A stretch of 60,978 nucleotides of DNA, taken from positions 1,054,001-1,114,978 of the forward strand of contig JAWMAR010000578.1 in NCBI GenBank assembly GCA_036785375.1, written 5' to 3'. Origin of the DNA: Leucoraja ocellata. Lineage: Eukaryota. The stretch's first letter is position 1. Every line of letters starts with the position of its first letter. The position numbers and the translations under genes were made by a program. Below are positions 1 through 10,900 of the stretch, one piece after another. The notes under the pieces were generated by a model. That model saw only the letters and a program-made list of their open reading frames with translations. It ran no database searches and was not told the DNA's origin.

Positions 1-1190
1 AATCCTCGCATCTCATCAAAGTTAGCCTTTCTCCAATCCAAAATCTCAACCCTAGGTCCAGTTCTGACCCTCTCCATAATGATATTGAAACTAATGGTAT
101 TGTGATCACTGGACCCGAAGTGCTCCCCAACGCATACCTCCGCCATCTGTCCCGTCTCATTTCCTAACAGGAGGTCCAGCACTGCCCCTCCTCTAGTAGG
201 TACCTCTATGTATTGCTGCAAAAAACTATCCTGCACACATTTTACAAACGCCAAACCATCCAGCCCATTTACAGAATGTGTTTCCCAGTCTATGTGTGGA
301 AAGTTGAAATCTCCCACAATCACTACCTTGTGCTTATTACTAATATCTGCTATCTCCTTACATATTTGCTCTTCCAATTCTCGTTCCCCATTTGGTGGTC
401 TATAATACACCCCTATAAGTGTTGCTACACCTTTCCCACTTCTCAGTTCCACCCAAATAGCCTCCCTAGATGAGCCCTCCAATCTATCCTGCCAAAGCAC
501 AGCTGTAATATCTTCCCTGACTAGCAATGCAACACCTCCACCTCTTGCCCCTCCAATTCTATCACACCTGAAGCAACGAAATCCTGGAATATTTAGTTTC
601 CAATCACAGCCCTCCTGCAACCATGTTTCACTGATCGCCACAACATCATACTTCCATGTGTCTATCCAGACTCTAAGCTCATCCACCTTTCTTACAATGC
701 TCCTAGCATTAAAATATGCACATTTAAGAAACCCCCCGTCTCTTATTCTCTGGTTATTTCTTTTTTTTTATTTCTCCTCTTGTGTCCGAGTGCTTCTCTT
801 TTCTGCTTCCTGCCTCCCATTCTGTCTACTCGCTTTCTCTATTTGAGTCCCTCGCCCCAACCATTCTAGTTTAAAGTCTCCCCAGTAGCCTTTGCAAATT
901 TCCCCGCCAGGATATTGGTCCCCCTCGGGTTCAAGTGAAACCCATCCTTTCTGTACAGGTCCCACCTTCCCCAAAAGAAGTCCCAATGATCCAGAAACTT
1001 GAATCCCTGCCCTGTGCACCAGTGTTTCAGCCATGCATTTATCCTCCACCTCGCTCCATTCCTACTCTCACTGTCGCGTGGCACAGGCAGTAATCCTGAG
1101 ATTGTTACCTTTTTGGTCCTTTTCCTTAACTCTCCTCCCAGCTCCCTAAAATCCTCCCTTTAGGACCTCTTCCCTTTTTTTACGTCTTGT
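1..1190 (-). mobile_element. CR1 LINE fragment: ORF1 esterase (SGNH-type) end and ORF2 APE endonuclease start
   Basis: ORF 866-1084 (WGRWDLYRKDGFHLNPRGTNILAGKF) is typical of CR1 ORF1. Endonuclease motifs LDLLLGNE and DHNTISF read on the minus strand. Confidence 0.85.
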
Positions 1191-1694
1191 CTTATTTAGG
1201 GGAAGATGTAGATTTGGCTTTTTTTCCATTTCGTTTTATTACCCTATCTGGATGCGAAGCTTTGTAAACTTGTTAATTCAACCCTCTACTGTTTACAGTA
1301 ATGACAACATGTTCGATGACAATAAAGTGCTCTGGGACCAAAAGTAGATTTAAAACACGTGTTCCCTCGTGTTTCACTAGTTGTTTTCTTTGTTAAGCGG
1401 CTCATCTCTTCTTGCAAGCATATTAACCGACAAATTATTTCAGATTTGTTTTCAGCTGAAATTACTTCAGTGTTTCGAAATGCCCCTCTCTTGTCGTAAC
1501 CGATAATACAGGGGAATGTCAGGATATTTATCCAATTATCAATTTTATAATGATTGCCAATGAAACAATAAGTGGTTTGTCCTTCTACGTTTCAATAGAA
1601 AGATTGGCAACTTTAAAACTTGTTTTGAATTGATATCAAGATAATTGTTTCGTATTTCTTTTTTCCAGAATGTACACGGCGCGCAATTACCAAA

Positions 1695-1910
1695 CATAAA
1701 ACTCGCAGAGCAAATATTTTGGTATCAGAAACAGGGTCTCAAATAAATTACTCAAATTAGACTTCTTCCACTTCAGCGTCAAATTGGATACCGCAAGCAG
1801 TTTGCAACTTCAGATCATCGTACTCTTTGACCACAACGAGTTTCCATGATGTCACCAGCAGATTCAAGGTGCATTATTCTTATGGGTTATTTACTCTTAG
1901 TTCGAGCTAT
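1695..1910. promoter_or_regulatory. Conserved upstream element, fourth copy (gene presumably left of the window)
   Basis: ACCACA 1830-1835, TTTCCA 1841-1846, then TGATGTCA. Shares the caaataaatt(a/g)ctcaaat block with the other copies. Confidence 0.5.
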
Positions 1911-2329
1911 GAATGTATTTATCGGGTTCATTGGCTATATCATCTTTTTATAGAGAAGTTGCAAATGTGCATACTCTGGCTACAGCGAATTACATACAGA
2001 AAGCTAAAGTTTGAAGAAAGGTCTCGACTCGAAACGTCACCTACACATCTGCGATGCTGCCTGATCCACAGAGTTACTCCAGCACTGTTAGTCTTTTTAA
2101 AAATTTCCTTCCAGAGGACGTACCCTTTCCAATCGCAATGGAACAAGAAGCAAAAAAAGACATTTACAATGGACGAGAATAAATTGAAAAGAAAGCTGAC
2201 AAGCACGCACGCATGCACAGATTTAGATACACACATACACACATTTATTTAAACGCATACGTTTTACTGCGATGTTTTCCCAGAAAACACCAACTTTCAT
2301 TGACACAACATCTTCAAACCATTTAAAGA

Positions 2330-5090
2330 AAATACACAGAACGTGCTTTACGGGAAGATAAAGGTCTTGCAAAGTGAGTTTAGGGAGTTCCACAAATGTT
2401 TAAAAAAATTACTTCATGAGTCCTATCTCAGGATTCATGCGTGGGATCTGTATAGGAAACATTGATTGATCTAAACTGGAAGGGAACGAAGATCAGAGAA
2501 GAGAGGATTATTCAAGCTACTTAGAAGTGTTTAAACGAACTTGGGAAGGGAGAAGGTCGGTGGAAGCATGGAACCAGTGCAACAACTGGGGTGAAATTTG
2601 TGCAGGACAAATCAAGCAAGTCCCAAGGGCAGAGTAGAGGGTGGCAGGTTCGCAAGCCGAGGAGGCTTAGCAGGCCCAACAGCATTTACTTTAATGCAAG
2701 GTGTCTCACTGGCAAGTCAGTTGACATTAGAGCATGTGTCAGAACTTGGAATGATGACTTTACTGCAATCACATAGTTGAGGGAAGAGGGAAGGACAAGA
2801 CTGGCAACTTAATGTTCCAAGTTATACAACCTTCAGGTGTGAGAAAGAGTACTGCAGAAGAGCAGGGGGGTATGTTTGCATTGCCTGTTAGGCAGAAAAT
2901 AATTAGCCCTTTGGAAGGGTATCCAGGAGGGTTCATCCAATGAGGCCTTATGGATCGAATTTGGGAAAAAGAGAGGAACGATCACTTTGCCAAAGTTATA
3001 AGATAGACTTCCCAGTAGTCAGGAAAAATGACTGGAACAGGTATGTAAGCAAGCCGCCAAAGTTTGTTATAGTGGGCATTTTTATATGCTCAATCTTAAC
3101 TGGATTGTCCTGATTGTCACGGGTTTAGATGGAGAGAAATTTGTTAAGTTTGTACCACACATTTTGAGAGCCAATACATCATTGGTCCTGTCAGATATGA
3201 GTCAGTACGATGCTCGACATTATCAGGAAAGCACTGGGTAGGTGGTGGAAATGTTGGTTTAGCGAGACTTTTTGAACAGTGAAAATTCAGAAATGTTCAA
3301 GTTATTTATGCAAAGGGATCAGGTTGTTCCTTAAATTTGAGAAAGGCTTGTTTCAATAACGTAACTAGAAATTGATGAATGTAGACTGGGCATAGATGCT
3401 TGTGGGTAAAACTGACAAGTGGAAGTCTTTTAAGGGACAATTAACCAGACTTCAGATCCAGCAAGTTCCAATTAAGGTGAAAGGAAAGATGGCAAGGCAG
3501 GAGATACCTGTGGCCCAGGCAGAGGTTTCAGTACCTTCATTCTTCAAAGGTGACATGCCAAAACATGGAAGGATAACTACTATTCTTTCACTTAAGAAGA
3601 GCACCAGAGATATGCCAAGTAATTACAACTGTTGTGCCTTACTTCATTAATGAGGGAAATTAATGAGGAAGGTCTTAAGAGATATGATTTATGTAAATTT
3701 GATAATTCGGGTATTTATTAGGGATAGTCAGTAGATCTTTGTGCGGGGGTAAATCCTGCCTCACTAATTTGATTGAGCTTTATGAGGCAAGTACTAAACA
3801 GATTCATCAAGGCGGGATTGTAGGCATTTTTTTGACGTTTGACATGGTTTCACATCGTAGGCTGGTTCAGAAGATTAAGACATACTGGACACACCTTACA
3901 TCGTTGGTTAATTGCATCTAAAATTGGCATGGTGAAAGTAGACAGTGGTAGTGGTGGAAAGCAATTAATTCCACACAACCATGGCCTTCAGTGTGGAAAT
4001 AAAACTGTCTCTCATTTCTCCTTTCAATTTATCCTGTGTCAGCTTAAACAATGCTATTTAATTCCAGACTCTCCCGGTGAAGGAAAATGACTGACTATTG
4101 TCCTATTTATGCTTCTGATCAATTTATAAATCTTGATGTGTTGACGCTCAGTCTCGTACACTTCAGTGAGAATAATCCAAGTCAACACAATTTCTTCTTC
4201 TAAATACAGCTTACCATTCTAGACCTGATCCTGGTGAAACTCTTCTGCAAACTCTCTATGGCTAGTGACGTTGAGGTACAGAACTGAAGATGTGTCTGAT
4301 TGTTAGCAAATTCACCTAGTGGTCATACCCAAGAATGTCAATTGTAGTGAAATATTAGGGATTGTAACATCTAGTCCTACTAATCAATCAATATTTTCCT
4401 GTGGTGTGGTGATCAGAACTGTACATTGTACACCAAAGGCGCACATAAACAGCACATGCTTACTCACATGTTTCAGTGCTTTATGCTCCCACTGTCTTCC
4501 AGGCAAAACCTATATGCATTTTATGTGTTTCCTTCCATGTTCTTGTTCATGACACTCGGTGGAGCATATTTATTACTTACATGGCTACATTTAGCTCTAA
4601 AAAATACTCAAGAAGCACAACATTATTCAGGATAAAGAAACCCTTCACATTGGTACAGATTCACCAACATAAAATAAATAGTCTCCATTACTGTTGCATC
4701 ATAGCTGCAGTGGACCACATTGATGGAAATATATTGCAATTCCTTCAGCTACTTCCTATCGAGGAGTGGTGATCTTTCACTTGAAGGGGAAATCATGGAA
4801 GATGACCTACCAATTTTACATGGTAATTAAATAATTCCTCAGTCACAGTTGCTTAGTTAGGTTGCAGTTGCTCAAGACATTAGTGAGGCCACATTTGGAA
4901 TATTGTCTTCAGTTTTCGTCATCTTATTGTAGGGAATGTTATTGGTGCAGAGACGATTTACGAGGATGTAGCCAGAAGTAGACGGCGGAGGTTGAGCAGG
5001 TTAGGACTTTATTCCTTGGAGCGCAGGAGAATAAGGAGTGATCTTATACAGATATATGATCATGAAGGGAATAGATAGGGTAAACGTCTA
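2330..5090 (+). mobile_element. Old, fragmented CR1 LINE (ORF1 end, EN and RT remnants)
   Basis: IYFNAR..., GKSCLTNLIELY..., and a degenerate 3' region at 4850-5090. Many stops, interrupted by other sequence. Boundaries approximate. Confidence 0.65.
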
Positions 5091-6094
5091 CTCTGTCAAA
5101 CCTTAAAACTTCTATTAGGCCACTCAATTACATTGTTTATCCATACAGACAAGCCCGAATCAATGTTTTATTTCTGGATATGAATTGCCTCATTTTGTAC
5201 ACTGTACTGCAGTTCAATCCACTTGCCTTATTATTTTCTGCTTTTCAATTCAGTCTGAGTAAAAATGAACGGTGCCATGTTCTTTTTATATGGCCCCGTT
5301 AATCTCTATTCATAGATTTGTGTATTAATGCTCCCAAACACCTTACTCATCCAATAACTGGGTATTATTTGGTGTTTATCTTTCCAGGAATGTGGGCAAC
5401 ATCAACAAATCCAGCATTTATTGTCCGTCACCCGTTGCCCTGAGAAGATGGACATTATCCATAGGCTTGAATTACTGCATTCCTTCATGTGAATGAACTC
5501 CCCCAATGCAATTGGGAAGGAGTCATTTCAAATTGCCTGAGCAATTTATGTATTCTTTAAAAAAGTACCGCCTCATACCTATCTAAATCAAAAACTAATT
5601 AGCTATTAAATGGTCATTCTTGTAAGTGTATTTAATTCCTGAATTTTACTTCATTTACCTTTAGATTTAAACAAATCTGACATTGAGAACTACAAACATT
5701 TTGTTGCATTTGATTATGGCTCATTTATGCTTTCAATTTCCATCCAATTTCATTTAATTTGCAGTTGAAAAGGTCTACATCAAGGGATTCTATTACAAAA
5801 GTGATGCCAATGCATAACATGGTTAAGTTACAACTTATCTGTTACATCATTGTCATAAATTCAGACAAACTGATAGATCATATTTAATAAAGACTCAATA
5901 TCTATAAAATCGATTAATTGCTCAAAACTATATTCTAAGAATTAATTTCTTGCCGATATCATTTTGTGGAAGAAATTTAAAATTTAGAATGAGTTAAATC
6001 TGGCATAAAATTAGATCTAATAAACACCAGTGAATAATAGATTACACCCTTTGAACTTGAAAAAAATTTCAAGGCATAAGTCTTTCCCCTCAAG

Positions 6095-6712
6095 ATCATA
6101 GAGTATAGAAGTTGGGATGTAATGTTAAAATTGTACAAGGCATTGGTGAGGCCAATTCTGGAGTCTGGTGTACAATTTTGGTCGCCTAATTATAGGAAGG
6201 ATGTCAACAAGATAGAGACGACAGAGGAGATTTACTAGAATGTTGCCTGGGTTTCAGCAACTAAGTTACAGAGAAAGGTTGAACAAGTTAGGGCTTTATT
6301 CTTTGGAGCGCAGAAGGTTAAGGGGGGACTTGATAGAGGTCTTTGAAATGATGAGAGGGATAGACAGAGTTGACGTGGATAAGCTTTTCCCACTGAGAGC
6401 AGGGAAGATTCAAACAAGGGGACATGACTTGAGAATTAAGGGACAGAAGTTTAGGGGTAACATGAGGGGGAACTTCTTTACTCAGAGAGTGGTGGCTGTG
6501 TGGAATGAGCTTCCAGTGAAGGTGGTGGAGGCAGGTTCGTTTTTATCATTTAAAAATAAATTGGATAGTTATATGGATGGGAAAGGAATGGAGGGTTATG
6601 GTCTGAGCGCAGGTATATGGGACTAGGGGAGAATGCGTGTTCAGCCCGGACTAGAAGGGTCGAGATGGCCTGTTTCAGTGCTGTAATTGTTATATGGTTA
6701 TATGGTTATATA
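6095..6712 (+). mobile_element. 5'-truncated CR1 LINE 3' end
   Basis: LGLYSLERRRLRGDLIEVF...FFTQRVVAVWNELP, with a TTATATGG repeated tail. Confidence 0.9.
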
Positions 6713-6848
6713 TAGACAGTTTATATTTTCTACTCTCGTAGTTTATTTCATGCCACATTTGAAGTTTATGCCAGTTTTGCATTTATATATCTTTCTGGAA
6801 GAAAGGGACTGAAAAAATATACAAATTCAAATAGATGCAAACTAATAG

Positions 6849-7228
6849 CTTACAGAATTCTTAAGAGGTTGGACAGGCTAGATGCAGGAAGATTGTTCTC
6901 GATGTTGGGGAAGTCCAGAACAAGAGGTCACAGTTTAAGAATAAGGGGGAAATCTTTTAGGACCGAGATGAGAAAAACATTTTTCACACAGAGTGGTGAA
7001 TCTCTGGAATTCTCTGCCACAGAAGGTATTTGAGGCCAGTTCATTGGGTATATTTAAGAGGGAGTTAGATGCGGCCCTTGTGGCTAAAGGGATCAGGGGG
7101 TATGGAGAGAAGGCAGGTACAGGATACTGAGTTGGATGATCAGTCATGATCATATTGAATGGCAGTGCAGGCTGGAAGGGCCGAATGGCCTACTCCTGCA
7201 CCTATTTTCTATGTTTCTATGTTTCTAA
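6849..7228 (+). mobile_element. CR1 (HER1-like) 3' end
   Basis: Nearly identical to the 3' end of the 10064-11735 element, with a (TTTCTATG)n tail. Confidence 0.9.
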
Positions 7229-7909
7229 TAGTTACCAGTATCTTTATATCAGATCTAATTTCGCATATTAATAAAAAAATTAATTGACAACGATTTGTCC
7301 GGAAATAACTTGTCCAATATATGTTTTGAGCAGTGGATTAAGTTTATAACCTTTGCTTCCTTTGTGAAATATTCTGCACTAATTAATTTGGATTCAACAT
7401 TTGTGGTATCATTTGGATTCAACATTTGTGGTTATCAGGCAGGCGGGTTGCAGACATCGGAGTCATGGTGACTTAACTCATCAGCCTCAGGCAGGCTGAG
7501 GTTATGGAATGATGGGAGAGCGCAATATTCAGGAGCTGGAGGCACCGCCCAGATGGAAGAAGGACATGATGCTAAATTGCAGAACGGATTGACAAAGTCT
7601 GTAGTACTTCGCTGAAACCACAAGGTGGAGCCCGCCTCTCGCGCAGTGTAAAGAGGCCCTCTATGGCAGATGGAAGCGATTTTCTTTCTGATGAAGGATA
7701 CAGAGGAGCTGGACATCAATTCGGAATTGGGATCTGGCCTTTCAACAACAACACCAGGATGCATATTTTTATTCAGGTCTTTGTAAAATCAGGACTCGTC
7801 TCCCTGAACAAAGCTGGAATAACTCGGCCAAATGCAGCTTTTAAGACTGAGACGGTGGTCCGGTTTTGAGTAAATAGTGCAATTTTCAGTATAATACGCT
7901 TAGATTCAG

Positions 7910-10900
7910 TCAGCCGTTTCTAGCACGATCTGTTAAAGAAACAAAACATTTAAAGTTTATATCAACTGAATTATTGTGATAAGTCCTCTAGCGTTCTTAC
8001 CCGTTTCTATCACATACCCGGAGGTCTTTCCATGTTCCTCTCTGTTCATTGTTTGCTCTGATGTCTCGACCAATCGGTCAACCTTTACCACGGAGCCTAG
8101 GCAGGAAGACAAATTAATTGGGTACTATAGTGCAGATTTGGCGATCGTGAGTTATTTTGAATGTTGACATATTTTCTTACACCACTCTTATTATGAGCCG
8201 ACAAGACATCTAACGGGGTTTAAGAGGGAACTGCAGATGCTGGAGAATCGAAGGTTACACAAAAAAGCTGGAGAAACTCAGCGGGTGCAGCAGCATCTAT
8301 GGAGCGAAGGAAATAGGCAACGTTTCGGGCCGAAGAAGGGTTTCGGCCCGAAACGTTGCCTATTTCCTTCGCTCCATAGATGCTGCTGCACCCGCTGAAG
8401 ACATCTAACGGGCACCGATTCCCTATTGCCCAATTTGTACTCCCGACTAAAATCGATTTGTCGCCTTTGTCTCCAGATGGGTTCGAAGTCAAGGCGAGAG
8501 AGTCACCACTAAATGATACTTTGAATAATTATCTGAACATCAGTTTCGAAGACATTCCCAACGCTTCATCGGTCAGGGATCAGCCGCGGCTGGGCTCCAT
8601 CCTTCAGAAGCAAAACAATGGGATGGGGACCAATTCGGGTAGATGCAGAAATCACAACATTCAGCGGAGTCCCGACTGACCACAAAAATGAAAGAAGGAA
8701 CGGCAATTTTCAAGCCGACAACTTTTAAATCAAAGGTTTGGGAAATAATCACTTTATCCAACATGCATTGGCCCAAGATAAACAGTTGCACAAAGCTGTA
8801 TCTTGAGGAAGGAAACCGCTCCAAGTTGCGACATCTAAATTACAACCGCTCTCATCTTCCAATTCTGCATGTGGCGTTTCATCATTGGAACAATTATTTT
8901 ATAACAGTTCGATTAGAAGACGGTATTGTATTCCTTGATATTAACGATGATTAACAATTTATTTTTCTAAGCTCTTTCAATGCCCTCTTTTGATTTTGGA
9001 TTTTTACAAGTGAATTTGGAACACTGGTGATAGCGGAGACTTGATGGAATTGTTGTCCTCTGTGAGTCTGGGGATGGAGAACTGATATCATTCTGTACCG
9101 TTTGGGGATCACGATCTTGTTATTAACAATGTGGCCAAATAGCATCAATTCACTTAGCGTCATTTGATTCTCCGCAGCACCATTTTACAGGGAATTTGAA
9201 GATGAACTCTAGAATTAAGCTTCATTCACCTTTGGCAGAGCTTGATCCAAAAACAATTCTCAAAGTAGCCAACACCAGTAGAATGATCAATGTACCTCCT
9301 ACATTGCGAAGGACAAGGACAACGCTGGCCGAACCTGCAGACGTAAAAAGTAATTGAGCAATAAGACAATTATCACAAGTGAATGAACAAACTATAGAAT
9401 TGTATTTGTGTAAAGAGCTTTATCAAGTGTCACTGTACTACAAAAAATATCCAAATAAAATAGCAATATTAGGCAAATGGACACTGTACAAAATAAACGG
9501 GAGATCTTGCTTCCAATATGAACAATATTGTTATTGCATTATATGTCAACGAGTGATACATTTCCAAGTCAAGCTAGTGTGCAATTTGGAAGGCAGCCTG
9601 CAGGCCGTGGTGTTCACATACACCTGCTGCCCTGGTCCTTGTTGGTGATCCAACATGTCCAGAAATCTATAAATGTCAATCCTCACTTTTCAAACATCTG
9701 CAACGCGTCGAGGTAGGGAATTACAAAGATTCACTCATCTCTGAGAAGAGTCATACAGTCACAGAGTGATACAGTGTGGAAACAGGCCCTTCGGCCCAAC
9801 TCGCCTACACCGGCCAACAATGTCCCTGCTAACCTAGTCCCACTTGCCTGTGCTTGGTCCATAACCCTCCAAACCTTTCCTATCCATGTACCTGTCCAAC
9901 TGTTTCCGAAACGATGGGATAGTCCCAGCCTCAACCACCTCCTCTGACAGCTTGTTACATACACCCTCCACCCTCTGTGTGAAAATGTTACCCCTCGGAT
10001 TCTTATTAAATCTTTTCCCCTTCACCTTGAACCTATGTCCTCTGGTCCTCGATTCCCCTACTTAGAAACATAGAAACATAGAAATTAGGTGCAGGAGTAG
10101 GCCATTCGGCCCTTCGAGCCTGCACCGCCATTCAATATGATCATGGCTGATCATCCAACTCAGTATCCCGTACCTGCCTTCTCTCCATACCCCCTGATCC
10201 CCTTAGCCACAAGGGCCACATCTAACTCCCTCTTAAATATAGCCAATGAAGTGGCCTCAACTACCCTCTGTGGCAGAGAGTTCCAGAGATTCACCACTCT
10301 CTGCGTGAAAAAAGTTCTTCTCATCTCGGTTTTAAAGGATTTCCCCTTTATCCTTAAGCTGTGACCCCTTGTCCTGGACTTCCCTAACATCGGGAACAAT
10401 CTTCCTGCATCTAGCCTGTCCAACCCCTTAAGAATTTTGTAAGTTTCTATAAGATCCCCTCTCAATCTTCTAAATTCTAGAGAGTATAAACCAAGTCTAT
10501 CCAGTCTTTCTTCATAAGACAGTCCTGACATCCCAGGAATCAGTCTGGTGAACCGTCTCTGCACTCCCTCTATGGCAATAATGTCCTTCCTCAGATTTGG
10601 AGACCAAAACTGTACGCAATACTCCAGGTGTGGTCTCACCAAGACCCTGTACAACTGCAGTAGAACCTCTCTGCTCCTATACTCAAATCCTTTTGCAATG
10701 AAAGCTAACATACCATTCGCTTTCTTTACTGCCTGCTGCACCTGCATGCCTACCTTCAATGACTGGTGTACCATGACACCCAGGTCTCGCTGCATCTCCC
10801 CCTTTCCGAATCGGCCACCATTTAGATAATAGTCTGCTTTCCTGTTTTTGCCACCAAAATGGATAACCTCACACTTATCCACATTATACTGCATCTGCCA

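Noticed and set aside
7387-7437. 25-bp direct repeat ATTTGGATTCAACATTTGTGG(T)TATC
   Set aside because: A simple local tandem duplication with no intervening insert and no evidence of function.
7435-7764. 109-aa minus-strand ORF with PEYCAL as a possible longer tail for gene C
   Set aside because: The nearby acceptors (7929 and 7803) all hit stops before reaching it, and it lies beyond the AATAAA at 7768-7773. No splice route supports it.
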